From the IMG/VR virus record IMGVR_UViG_3300047400_000216, positions 1 through 29,353 of that record: a stretch of DNA of 29,353 bases; one strand, given 5' to 3'. The translations under genes and the position numbers were made by a program. Positions within the stretch are counted from its first letter, which is position 1. Every line of letters begins with the position of its first letter. Below, in pieces: positions 15,375 to 24,378 of this stretch. The DNA comes from a virus. Lineage: Duplodnaviria; Caudoviricetes. A model generated the notes under the pieces. That model was not told where the DNA came from, ran no database searches, and saw only the letters and a program-made list of their open reading frames with translations.

Positions 15375-16151
15375 TTATATAAGGCTTGCGGCCGTCGGCC
15401 TGACCCTAAACTGCATCGAGCCAGTCCGATAGAGAAACGGAAATTCTGGCAACATTTCCTTCAGCTGGAAACCCATGCCTTTTCCATCAAAATCTGTCTT
15501 TTCGAGCGTGCAGTCAATCGTGCTGGCCGGGGTCGTCACATCTTCGGCGAACTCGATGAGCTTCTGAAGCGATGCGTAATATAGGAAGTTTGCCCACTCC
15601 GTTTTGGTCTTGGCCTCGGGCTCGTACTTGAACTCGACTTGGAAGAATTGCTGAACGCTGAATAGGACCGCTTCTTTTACTCCGGATGCCGATACATTGA
15701 GGCTCCCCACGACCTTCTGAGTCGCCTGACGCGGCAGATAGTTGTAGCCGACGAGCGTAGGCTGGATCGTTGTCCCGAAGCTGCTGGTCCCAGTGAACGT
15801 ACTGCCCGAAGCAGTATCCGCTGCCGCAAAACCCAGGAGGCTCGAGCAGGAAATCAGGACTCTAGCCCCGCTTCCAAACAAGAGAACGAAGCTCGTCGTT
15901 GAGCTTGAAATAGTGATTTTCGAAACAACCGTCCCGGCAGAGTAGATCCGGGAGTAGGTCGCAGAGTAAGTATTGTTGATGTCGGCCGCCTGCATCGCCC
16001 GGACGATTTCGGTGCAGAGGGTGGTCGCCGTATAGTTGCCGATGTTCAAGGTTGCAGCGTACTGGGTCGCTCCGACCTGAAAGTCCAATGCATTGTTGGA
16101 GGTCGTAACGTCGAGGCCGTAGAAGAACGCGCTTTTAGTTGTCAGTGCCAT
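15375..16151 (-). CDS. distal tail protein (Dit-like)
   Basis: Position immediately after the tape measure; 258 aa. Confidence 0.6.
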   Translation of the reverse strand: MALTTKSAFFYGLDVTTSNNALDFQVGATQYAATLNIGNYTATTLCTEIVRAMQAADINNTYSATYSRIYSAGTVVSKITISSSTTSFVLLFGSGARVLISCSSLLGFAAADTASGSTFTGTSSFGTTIQPTLVGYNYLPRQATQKVVGSLNVSASGVKEAVLFSVQQFFQVEFKYEPEAKTKTEWANFLYYASLQKLIEFAEDVTTPASTIDCTLEKTDFDGKGMGFQLKEMLPEFPFLYRTGSMQFRVRPTAASLI

Positions 16152-16154
16152 GCG

Positions 16155-18125
16155 TCACCCACTCTGCGGGATCTGGACGTACCGGAACTCGGTCGCGTCA
16201 GTCTCCGCCCTGATCATTTCCATCAGCGTGCGTTTTGTCGCCTCGGTTTCGAAGTAGTTGCCCTGGATGGCGATCGTGACCGTTTTCTGAGGCTTGCCAG
16301 CATCGGCCGGAAGCTCTGGAGCTGCGCTGGTGATAGGAGGAGGCTCTGCGCCCATAGCGCCGCCCATTCCGCCGCCGCTAGGTGCCCCACCGCCACCGGC
16401 GGATCCAAGATCGCCGCCCGCGAAACCCCGAATGAGGCCGGACAAGGCAAGCAATGCTCCACCGACTCCAAACTCAACCGGGTTGAGCAGGCCCGCCGCT
16501 AAGTGCAGCATACCCTCGGCCTGGGCCTTGTCAGCGATCAAAAGGAAGAACTGCTGCTTCATCGCCTTGAGGGCTTCCTTGGATCCTTTTGAAATGTTGA
16601 TAAAGCCCGCCGCCATCGTCTTGGTCAGCGTCTCGTTTGCAAACGCTCCGGCCTTGGCCCAGTTCATTTGATCTTTGCTCAGTGCAACGGAAGCCTGAGC
16701 ACTCTGGTTTTTCCAGCCGGAATAGAAGGTCGTGTTTGCCTTCTGTTGGCGGTTGAGCGCCGCCTCTTGGTTCGCGGCCAACTGGTCGTTGACCTGCATG
16801 ATCTTGGCGGCCGCTTGTTCACGAAGCAATGCCTCTTGACCGGCGATGTCGGCCACTTCGCCCTTAGCGGCCTTTACCTTCAACTCATCAATTTGGGCTT
16901 GAAGCTGCTGCTGAATGGCGAGCTTGCGCTGTGCAACAATGTCGGCCACTTCCACTTCGGACATGGCCGTCTGTTCTCGGATCTCGAGAATCTTGGACTG
17001 TGTCTCGCGTTCTTTGGCGAGCAGCTCAATGGCCTGACGCTCAAGAGTGTCATCCTTCGGCCTTGCTGCCGCCGGGCCCTCTGCTTCAAAGCTCTTTTTG
17101 TGTTCTTCAGCCGCCTCAATCTGTTTCCCGAGGGCTTCGTAAGATTCCCGAAGTCTTTCAATTTTTGCCGTAGTTACGGGACCAGCGCCCCAGCGTTTCT
17201 CCTGGGCGATGGTCTTTTCAATTTCTTCGCCAATGGATGCCTGCTTGCGTCTCAGGATCTCAAGATCTGCTTCGGCTTTTTTGGATGCGTCTCCAAGCCT
17301 TGACTCCAAAAACAGGCGAATGCCTGTGATGTTATCTTTAAGCGCACCGAAGATAGACCGGAACGTGGGCCCGATGATCTTGTTGACCCATAGGCCGATC
17401 GCTTCGAGGCTCTGGCCGATCTCAACCCCGATCTTTTTGATCAAAACCGTAACGGAGCCGGACGCCTCTTCCACGCCCTTAAAGGCGGTTTCACGCTTGG
17501 AAAGGACTTCGTTAAGCAGAGCTTCTTTTTTCTGCTGCTCAGTAAGCTGGCCAACCGTGATTCCGATGGCCATCGCATATTTAGCTTGGGCCTTTTCCAT
17601 GTCGACAACGATGCCGTACTGCCGCAGAATCCTAGCATTTCCAGCCGCAATGGCTGACGACATCGTCTCGAAAGTGCTGGTTAGCTCGCCGCCCACTACA
17701 GCAGTCGCCTTGCGAGCAAGCTCCATGATCTCCGGAAGTTTATCTGCGTTCTGGCCGAGGGCGATCACCGCACGATTGGCCGCCTGAATGATCTCGGTAT
17801 CATCAGCCAGCCCACCGGCCGCACCGACGAGTTTTTCCCGGATCGTATTTCCAGCTACACCGGCATTGGACGCAAGCAAGTCAAACTGCTTGTTGATTCG
17901 CTCGATATTCTCGGCTTCTTCAACAGCAGCCAAGGCTGTCTTAAATGCCCCAACCGCCACCGTAATGATGGCAAGTGTCTTGCCGATCATTGTTAGACCT
18001 TCGACAAGCCCAGTGAGGTTTCTGGATTCGCCGATTTTCTGGATCGCCTCGAGCGCACCCTTTGCGGCCTCTAGGAACTCGGCGGCATCGAGGTCTAGTT
18101 TTAAGACTTCCTTTTCAGTAGCCAT
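16155..18125 (-). CDS. tail tape measure protein (656 aa)
   Basis: Ala/Glu/Lys-rich helical protein with hydrophobic segments and a Gly-rich C-terminus, downstream of the frameshifted chaperone. Confidence 0.9.
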   Translation of the reverse strand: MATEKEVLKLDLDAAEFLEAAKGALEAIQKIGESRNLTGLVEGLTMIGKTLAIITVAVGAFKTALAAVEEAENIERINKQFDLLASNAGVAGNTIREKLVGAAGGLADDTEIIQAANRAVIALGQNADKLPEIMELARKATAVVGGELTSTFETMSSAIAAGNARILRQYGIVVDMEKAQAKYAMAIGITVGQLTEQQKKEALLNEVLSKRETAFKGVEEASGSVTVLIKKIGVEIGQSLEAIGLWVNKIIGPTFRSIFGALKDNITGIRLFLESRLGDASKKAEADLEILRRKQASIGEEIEKTIAQEKRWGAGPVTTAKIERLRESYEALGKQIEAAEEHKKSFEAEGPAAARPKDDTLERQAIELLAKERETQSKILEIREQTAMSEVEVADIVAQRKLAIQQQLQAQIDELKVKAAKGEVADIAGQEALLREQAAAKIMQVNDQLAANQEAALNRQQKANTTFYSGWKNQSAQASVALSKDQMNWAKAGAFANETLTKTMAAGFINISKGSKEALKAMKQQFFLLIADKAQAEGMLHLAAGLLNPVEFGVGGALLALSGLIRGFAGGDLGSAGGGGAPSGGGMGGAMGAEPPPITSAAPELPADAGKPQKTVTIAIQGNYFETEATKRTLMEMIRAETDATEFRYVQIPQSG

Positions 18126-18502
18126 TAGGTCGACCTCAACCTCTGTGCCTGTTCAAAAAGATCCGTCAGAAGGGCCCCGGTCGCTGGATCGGCGGCATCC
18201 AGAACGCGGTCTTTCTTCATTCGTTCATAGTGCCCGGCGGCTACGGCCTCATAATGCTTCCGCATCTCTTGATAGTACTTGCTATCGCCCAAAGAGATGG
18301 AGGCCACGTCGCACTGGACTACAGTTTCCCATGCCCTGCGCTTGCCTTCAATTTTGCGGCCGCTCTGGAGCAGGGAAAAGAACCGGACAGCAGGCATCCC
18401 CAAACAATGCTCGGGAGTCCACTTGAATAGGAGGCAGGCTTCGGCGATCAGGTCCGATGCCGAGATCGTGAGCCGGATCGGAGCGAACTCGTCACTCTCT
18501 AG
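18125..18502 (-). CDS. tail assembly chaperone -1 frameshift extension (gpGT-like)
   Basis: The -1 frame is open from the slippery site: LESDEFAPIRLTISASDLIAEACLLFKWTPEHCLGMPAVRFF... Its stop overlaps the tape measure start (TAATG). Confidence 0.85.
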   Translation of the reverse strand, partial: LESDEFAPIRLTISASDLIAEACLLFKWTPEHCLGMPAVRFFSLLQSGRKIEGKRRAWETVVQCDVASISLGDSKYYQEMRKHYEAVAAGHYERMKKDRVLDAADPATGALLTDLFEQAQRLRST

Positions 18503-18885
18503 TTTTTTTTTTCGTCCCCGTCGTTCTTGGCGTGAGCCCGGCCCGTGACACAGTCGCTAATAAGCTGGATCAAGGCCCCGGCCTGCGCCTGCGTCATGGC
18601 CTGAACGTCCTTGCGGCTTACCGTGTCGCAAACGCTCTGGATCAGGCCATGGTACAGCTCCACGACATGATCGACGTCAACCTTGTCGGTCTGCTGTAGG
18701 GCTTGGATCGACACCAAGGCGTTGGTGAAGGCGAAAAACTCCTTCACCGAGATCGGCTTGATGTAGTGGACCTTCCCGTGAAGCCGGAAGGCAACGCGCT
18801 CGGCCACCATAGCATCCAAGTCGGAAATGACTTGGACCTCTGGTCCGTCGACTGCCTTGCCGGTCTTCAAAGAGAATAATCCCAT
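18499..18885 (-). CDS. tail assembly chaperone (gpG-like)
   Basis: Lies between tail tube and tape measure. Ends GAA AAA AAA AAC TAG. Confidence 0.88.
   Translation of the reverse strand: MGLFSLKTGKAVDGPEVQVISDLDAMVAERVAFRLHGKVHYIKPISVKEFFAFTNALVSIQALQQTDKVDVDHVVELYHGLIQSVCDTVSRKDVQAMTQAQAGALIQLISDCVTGRAHAKNDGDEKKN
18502..18512 (-). promoter_or_regulatory. programmed -1 ribosomal frameshift site
   Basis: A10-C run containing the heptamer A AAA AAC just before the stop. Confidence 0.85.
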
Positions 18886-18894
18886 GGCCTAGCC

Positions 18895-19749
18895 TTACAG
18901 GGCCGCAACCGTTGCGATCGTGAACTGGTCGCCTGCCACGAAGTCCGTCGTTCCATCGGTGATCGTGAAATTGATCGGATTCGAGGTGAAGGTTGCCGAG
19001 CCTCCTGCGCCGCCCGTGGTGAGCTGGAGAATGCCAAGCGGGCCAGACACGGAGCCAGAGATCGCCCAGTTTGACTTATTGCCGGACGGTGCGCCAAGGC
19101 AAAGAGCCGTAATGGTTTCGGTCTTGGTGTAGACGTTCGAGACGGTGACGGCCGTAAGCGTACCGTTGCCCGTTCCGGTGAATGCGGGAGAACCGGCAGA
19201 TGCAGGGGTCTGCACGATGGTTGGATCACCGTAGCGGAAAAACTTGTTCGGGGTCGCCGATTCATCCGGGAGAATGTTCCAGACGATCTTGAGGCGGGCC
19301 TGTTCGGTCGGACCGTAGGTGATCGAGCTTTCAGCCGATGCAACGGCCTTGTAGAACTTGTAGTCGCTCGAGAGATCGGCATCAGCCTTTGAGAGAGGGT
19401 GCAGCACGAGCGTCGCAGCGTTCGTCAGATCGCCGTCGCCGATGTTCTGGCTGAATTCAATTGCAGCCAAGGATCCGACTCCGGTTCCCACCTTCGTTGC
19501 GTGCGGGAAAACAACCTTCCAGCGATCCTTGTTCTGAATTTCTGCGATCTCAGTCGTCACCGTGACCTCGATCCCGCTCACGCGGCGATCGCGAACCGTG
19601 GTACCGCTCTGATCGGCCTTGATTTCGGATTTCGAGTATTTTGCGGTGACAACGCAGTTTGCAAGCGTTCCGCCGAGGTCGATGCCGTTGTAGGTGACCC
19701 GCATCGGGGTCAATTCCATCGTTGAAGTTGTGACGACTGCGTTGCTCAT
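18895..19749 (-). CDS. major tail (tube) protein with extra C-terminal domain
   Basis: Position. N-terminal VTYNGIDLGGT tube-like region, then a C-terminal GTGNG...FTITDGTTDFVAGDQFTI domain. Confidence 0.85.
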   Translation of the reverse strand: MSNAVVTTSTMELTPMRVTYNGIDLGGTLANCVVTAKYSKSEIKADQSGTTVRDRRVSGIEVTVTTEIAEIQNKDRWKVVFPHATKVGTGVGSLAAIEFSQNIGDGDLTNAATLVLHPLSKADADLSSDYKFYKAVASAESSITYGPTEQARLKIVWNILPDESATPNKFFRYGDPTIVQTPASAGSPAFTGTGNGTLTAVTVSNVYTKTETITALCLGAPSGNKSNWAISGSVSGPLGILQLTTGGAGGSATFTSNPINFTITDGTTDFVAGDQFTIATVAAL

Positions 19750-19759
19750 CTGTGTACCC

Positions 19760-20263
19760 TCATGGTTCGTACTGGAAGCAATCTACTTCCAGGGAAATCT
19801 CTTGCCTGTAGACCGCCTGCGGATCGCCCGGTTCTAGGTTTGAGTATAGACCGGAAAACGCTGCGTTCTGTATGACTAGCGTCATTCTTGCCGACCCTTC
19901 CGGCGAGGTCAAGGTGGCCTGATCAAGAACTTTGTGGACGGCCGCCTGATAGCGGTAGGACTTGCGGACCAGACGCTCGGCATCCTTGTCCTCGACAAGA
20001 AAGCTGATATTGATGCGCACTGCGGCGTTAACGTGGTTCGCTCCCTTGCGATCCTTTTGGAAGTCGATCCGGTCGCCGATGACAAACACTGCCGGGGTCC
20101 GGTAACCCTTCGCCCTGGGGTAGACGTAGTAATCCCGAGGGGCCTCCATCGTCACTAGATTGTCAGCTCTGGCCGAACGAATGGTCGCAAGCTCGGCAGG
20201 CAAATCGGCCTTGAGCTTGGCAATGATCGCGTCGACTGAGATTTCGATTAGCTGGCGGCTCAC
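19760..20263 (-). CDS. tail terminator / completion protein
   Basis: Position just before the tail tube, 167 aa, PAVFV motif. Confidence 0.65.
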   Translation of the reverse strand: MSRQLIEISVDAIIAKLKADLPAELATIRSARADNLVTMEAPRDYYVYPRAKGYRTPAVFVIGDRIDFQKDRKGANHVNAAVRINISFLVEDKDAERLVRKSYRYQAAVHKVLDQATLTSPEGSARMTLVIQNAAFSGLYSNLEPGDPQAVYRQEISLEVDCFQYEP

Positions 20264-20739
20264 TTGAAATAACCCGCCCGGATGTTCTTTATGATGAAAT
20301 TGCTCACGAGCTTTTTCAGGGCCCGGATCGTCTCGGGACGATAGGTTGTGAATGACCTGAGATCGTCGACGCCCTTTGCGTAAGGGATCGACGTCGTGAT
20401 CGTCAGGCCTCGCTCGGTGGCCAGCTTGTGAAACCCTTCACCCGGACCAATGACCGACTGATACAGTTTTCCACTGGCATAGAGCAGCGGGCGGCCAGTC
20501 TTAGGATCCGATCCATATTCCCGAGCTTTCCACTTTTTGTAGCGGTCATCCTTGAGGATGTGCCACTGGTCGCCCTCGCTTGCGTTCTCAGTGATCCAAC
20601 GCTTTGCTTGAATGTATTTATAGTGCGTGTAGACGTCACGGTCGATAAAGGCCCGAATCGCAGAAGGACGAGCATTGTCCACCATCTGCCTGAGACGCTT
20701 CTGTGCGCCTTGACCAACGCTCGTGTATTCGACCTTCAC
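20260..20739 (-). CDS. neck / virion morphogenesis protein (Mu gpG-like)
   Basis: W..LK..Y.KWK, LLYASGKLYQSV and IPYA pattern. Confidence 0.7.
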   Translation of the reverse strand: MKVEYTSVGQGAQKRLRQMVDNARPSAIRAFIDRDVYTHYKYIQAKRWITENASEGDQWHILKDDRYKKWKAREYGSDPKTGRPLLYASGKLYQSVIGPGEGFHKLATERGLTITTSIPYAKGVDDLRSFTTYRPETIRALKKLVSNFIIKNIRAGYFK

Positions 20740-21398
20740 CGCGAGGGCTCCACGTTACGAACGCGGCCCGCATTGACCCCAAAGAGAGGCTGGAGGCTTT
20801 GGCCTTGGCGCGTGTAGAACTGGTTGCGGAGGTTCTCGCCTTCCTTGCGGCAATCCTCGCCCATTCGCTTATACTCATCCACAAGCTTGAAGCGGTTCGC
20901 ATCCGGGGCATCCTCGAGCCGGTAAGTCTCGGAGAGATGCTCGGCGAACCTCATGGCGAGTTTCTGGTATGCCTCACCGCAAGCGTATTGCAGCGCGGCA
21001 GGACGCAGGCCCTCGGCGATGTTCGTGTAGTCGTTGCCCAAGCCCAGCCAATTCGAGGCTAGGCGCAGGAAACCGTCCAGCTCGGCGTCGTAGAAGAACT
21101 GGACGTAGTAGGTGGCCTCGATGACGTCCGATCCAGACGGAGCGGCAGCCAAGGTGAAATAACCCGTGGTCACATCGTCGGAGGCAATGTCGCTTGTGTT
21201 GAGCCTGACCTGGTTCTTGTAGATGCCCAGGGGAACGGCACCGAGGGTGAAGTCAGTGATCCGGCGGAACTCAAAGGTCTTAAAGACCGTGTTCGTCCCG
21301 TCGATCTGCCCAAAGACGCGCTTGTAGGCCCGGAGCTTGTCGTTCGGGTTGTCCGAGAGCTTGAGCCTCATGTCGGCGATGGCAGTGGCCCAGCTCAC
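20736..21398 (-). CDS. head-tail connector/adaptor protein
   Basis: GTG start overlapping the upstream stop. IADMRLKLSD and FFYDAELDGFL are adaptor-like motifs, separated by an inserted beta-domain. Confidence 0.7.
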   Translation of the reverse strand: MSWATAIADMRLKLSDNPNDKLRAYKRVFGQIDGTNTVFKTFEFRRITDFTLGAVPLGIYKNQVRLNTSDIASDDVTTGYFTLAAAPSGSDVIEATYYVQFFYDAELDGFLRLASNWLGLGNDYTNIAEGLRPAALQYACGEAYQKLAMRFAEHLSETYRLEDAPDANRFKLVDEYKRMGEDCRKEGENLRNQFYTRQGQSLQPLFGVNAGRVRNVEPSR

Positions 21399-21811
21399 AC
21401 AACCCCCAATTGCTCGAGCAGGTCGAAGATCGTGGAGTCCTTTTCGACGTAGCAATACTTATATCCGAGCGCCTGAAGGATCGGGAGCTTCTTGTGGCAG
21501 ACCTCGACGTCGTAGTCGGTTTGGGGCTCATCGACGAGCAGCATGGTCGGCGACCCGTTCTCGGTGAGCTTGGCGTAGGGGTATACTCGATCGATTCGCT
21601 TCATGCGGTCGAGGAAATTGTATTTCTGCCTTAACTCGGGGCAGTACCAGTTTTTGAAATAAATGCTGCTCTTGGCAACCTGATCCGGGAGAGCGGAGAA
21701 CTCTGACAGGCTTTTGGCCTTGTCGTTCCTGATGGCTCGATCGACCGGACTTTCAGCCGGGGCAACAGCCCGAGGCTTGATGACTGCGATGCTTGTGGCT
21801 TTTCTTCCCAT
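21395..21811 (-). CDS. hypothetical protein (possible Vsr/DUF559-like fold)
   Basis: SD AGGGG. RIDRVYP...LLVDEP...KKLPILQALGYKYCYV. Confidence 0.7.
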   Translation of the reverse strand: MGRKATSIAVIKPRAVAPAESPVDRAIRNDKAKSLSEFSALPDQVAKSSIYFKNWYCPELRQKYNFLDRMKRIDRVYPYAKLTENGSPTMLLVDEPQTDYDVEVCHKKLPILQALGYKYCYVEKDSTIFDLLEQLGVV

Positions 21812-21823
21812 ATAAATTCCCCT

Positions 21824-21861
21824 TTACAGGGGAGCGTAGGTCTCCCCACGCCCCCCCGCAA
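21824..21861 (-). other. 17-bp stem-loop after the major capsid gene
   Basis: TTGCGGGGGGGCGTGGG-GAGA-CCTACGCTCCCCTGTAA. Fully paired only on the minus strand (4 G-U), with no U-tract. Confidence 0.75.
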
Positions 21862-21877
21862 GAGTAATTTACTCAGA

Positions 21878-23062
21878 TCATGCCGAGCCGTTGTTCCCCT
21901 GGAACGCGAAACGGGGGTCGATATGATCGGCGTTCGCGCGCAGGCGAACTTTGAAGCGAATGACGTCCGAGTCAAAGCTACGGCCCGAGGTCGGGTTTTC
22001 AACTTCGACTGCTGCGGCCTCGCGGACCTGACAGACGAACCACGGAGCCTTCGAGTCAACCAGGTACCAGGCAGAGGTCGATCCATCGACCGTGCCGTCG
22101 TAGTTGAACATGAAGCGGGAAACCGTCTTGTCAGCGATACCCTGAATCGGGTTGACCGCGAACGCACCACCGACCTGCCCAGCCGAAGCTGCACCGGAGG
22201 GGTAGTATGCGCTGTGGAGCAACACGGATAGATCGAAGTTGTACTTCGGGCTGATGATCAGGCGGTCAGGCTGCACAGCCATCTTGAGGCCCAGAAGGTT
22301 CTTCTGGTTCATGAGGGCGATAAAAGCTGCCTGAATGTTGCTCTGAGTCAGTGCGCCGTAAGAAGCCGGGCGGGTTGCACCGCCACCCGTGAGGCTCGTG
22401 CTCCAGGGATAGCTTGCTTCCGTGCTCGGCTGGGTTTCCGACTGGGGCACTTCGAGGTTTGCGTACTTCATGCCGGAGACCGAAGCGAGCTTGCCGTAGC
22501 AAAGCACTTCGAGAACCTGCTTGGCGTACTGACCCATGAGGCCGGAAAGCTTCTGGAACTGACCAGTCTGGTCGTCCTCGAGCAGCTCCTTGCTCACTGG
22601 GAACATCACGCCGTACTTGCGGTTGCGGAGCTTGATGTCGAGGCCAGCGGCACCCGTTTCTGGGTACAGCTCGTTCTCGCCGACTGCCGAGAGGAAGCCC
22701 AGGCCCTGGATCGGGGCATAGAGTTCTTCGATACGGCCGGAGTTGATGACGTGCGCCCAGTCCTCAAAGGTAGTCGGGACGGTTTCATACATCGCGTTTA
22801 CCGATGCCTGAACACCCGCACGCAGTACCTGGGGGAACGAACCGAGGCTGTCAGCTTCGGCCAGCTTCTGCTTCATCTTCTTGAAGCTGAAACCGGATTC
22901 CATGACAGGGAACTGCTTGGCGTCGCGGATGTCGACACCGAACTGAGCCTGCATGGACTCGACGAGGTTCTTTTCCTCTTCCGACTGCCAGGTGGCCTTC
23001 TTCAGAGCTTCGCGATTCTGCTCGACCGTGTTGCGGCCGTACAGCTTGATAGATTCACTCAT
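21878..23062 (-). CDS. major capsid protein (Mu gpT-like, HK97 fold)
   Basis: 394 aa. VGENELYP, KYGVMFPVSKELLEDD, PDRLIISP, AWYL and IDPRFA, plus position. Confidence 0.92.
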   Translation of the reverse strand: MSESIKLYGRNTVEQNREALKKATWQSEEEKNLVESMQAQFGVDIRDAKQFPVMESGFSFKKMKQKLAEADSLGSFPQVLRAGVQASVNAMYETVPTTFEDWAHVINSGRIEELYAPIQGLGFLSAVGENELYPETGAAGLDIKLRNRKYGVMFPVSKELLEDDQTGQFQKLSGLMGQYAKQVLEVLCYGKLASVSGMKYANLEVPQSETQPSTEASYPWSTSLTGGGATRPASYGALTQSNIQAAFIALMNQKNLLGLKMAVQPDRLIISPKYNFDLSVLLHSAYYPSGAASAGQVGGAFAVNPIQGIADKTVSRFMFNYDGTVDGSTSAWYLVDSKAPWFVCQVREAAAVEVENPTSGRSFDSDVIRFKVRLRANADHIDPRFAFQGNNGSA

Positions 23063-23077
23063 GTTCTGGTCCTTTCC

Positions 23078-23572
23078 TTACACGCACAGGCCAGTGGTGC
23101 GGAGGCGGTTTCCGATAAGAACCTGACCTTCCGATCCAGAGGATGCGACGATTGCAGCATCCTGAAAGATGCCGATGGCGTTGGTGCCGCTCACAGAGAC
23201 GGTCTGAGCATCCACGCTCGAAGCGTAGACCAGATCGCCGGGGGCGAACGAGTCGCCGCTCTTGAGCTTCAGCTTGGCGATGACGCCAAATTGAGGGCCG
23301 CCGAGTTCTTCGATTGCCTGGGCTGCGTCAACAGCGGTGCCCTGATAAGGCGACACGGGCTTGCCAGCAACGATCGACTGACGAGCGATGCCGCAAAAAG
23401 TAGCAGCGTCGGTGTCGCCGGTCACGGCCTTGAGCACGTTGTTGACGTCGTCGAAATATACGAGGTCGCCCTGATTCCAAGTCGAAGCGGAGCTGATGAC
23501 AGCCTTGGCCGATTCAAACGCGGAGCCTGGACGAACGGAACGGGTGATGCGATTCTTCGCAACAGTAGCCAT
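23078..23572 (-). CDS. capsid cement/decoration protein
   Basis: Lies between scaffold and capsid. QGDLVY and PGDLVY repeats and NAIGIF are DUF2190-like. Confidence 0.75.
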   Translation of the reverse strand: MATVAKNRITRSVRPGSAFESAKAVISSASTWNQGDLVYFDDVNNVLKAVTGDTDAATFCGIARQSIVAGKPVSPYQGTAVDAAQAIEELGGPQFGVIAKLKLKSGDSFAPGDLVYASSVDAQTVSVSGTNAIGIFQDAAIVASSGSEGQVLIGNRLRTTGLCV

Positions 23573-23595
23573 TTTGGTTCTCCTGGGTTGTTTGG

Positions 23596-24378
23596 TTATT
23601 TCAGGCAGTCAGCGAAAGAGACCTTGCCGGTCGCCTTCGGAGCGGTGCCCTGCTTTTCCACGGAAGCCACAAAGATCGATGCTTTGGACTCACCTCCACG
23701 CAACGTGAACGCTTCCTTGAAAATCTTGATGGTGTTCTCAATATCGGTCAGCGACTTGGGCTGCCCGATGAGGGAACGGAGCTTGTCGGTCTCAGCCCTG
23801 CCGAGGCCCGACTCGCGGAGCTTGGTGTCGAGAGCTTCGGCCAGCTCACGCTTCTTGAGCTCGCGCTCGAGCATGGCGACCTTGGCAACGAGCTTCACGA
23901 TCTCGGACTCCTTAGCCTTGGACTCGTCTTCCGAGTGCTTGGCTTCGGACTCAGCAGGTCCAGCCGGGTGCTTGCCCTCGGATTCTTCCTGTTTCATCTC
24001 AGCTTCGTGCTTCTTCTGCATGTGCTTTGCAAGTTTCATGGCTTCGGCGGCGCACTTCATGGCCTCTTCGTGGTCCTTGCCCATTTCTTTATAAGCCTGA
24101 TAGGCCTCGTGGGCAGCCTCATCGCCTTCGGCTTCCATGCCTTCGGAAGCCTCGCCCATGTGCTTCTTGATCATGTCGAGAATGAGCTTCTTGTCCTGCT
24201 CTGCATCGTCGTGATCTTCGTCGCCTTCGGGCTTTTCTTCACCCTTGGCTTCGTCTTCCGACTCGTCCTCGGCGTGCTTTGCCTCATCTTCGGCGTGCTT
24301 TGCTTCCTTCTTTTCTTCCTGCTTTGCCGGGATCTTCTTTTCGTCCTCGGCGAACAGGGCGACCTTCTTCTTCGACAT
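23596..24378 (-). CDS. nested in-frame scaffolding protein (260 aa)
   Basis: Internal GAAGGGG SD 8 nt before ATG 24378 (MSKKKVALF), at the protease/scaffold boundary. Confidence 0.6.
   Translation of the reverse strand: MSKKKVALFAEDEKKIPAKQEEKKEAKHAEDEAKHAEDESEDEAKGEEKPEGDEDHDDAEQDKKLILDMIKKHMGEASEGMEAEGDEAAHEAYQAYKEMGKDHEEAMKCAAEAMKLAKHMQKKHEAEMKQEESEGKHPAGPAESEAKHSEDESKAKESEIVKLVAKVAMLERELKKRELAEALDTKLRESGLGRAETDKLRSLIGQPKSLTDIENTIKIFKEAFTLRGGESKASIFVASVEKQGTAPKATGKVSFADCLK

Noticed and set aside
23900-24320. Repeats EAKHAEDE/EAKHSEDE in the scaffold
   Set aside because: Low-complexity acidic repeats typical of scaffolding proteins, not a DNA repeat array.
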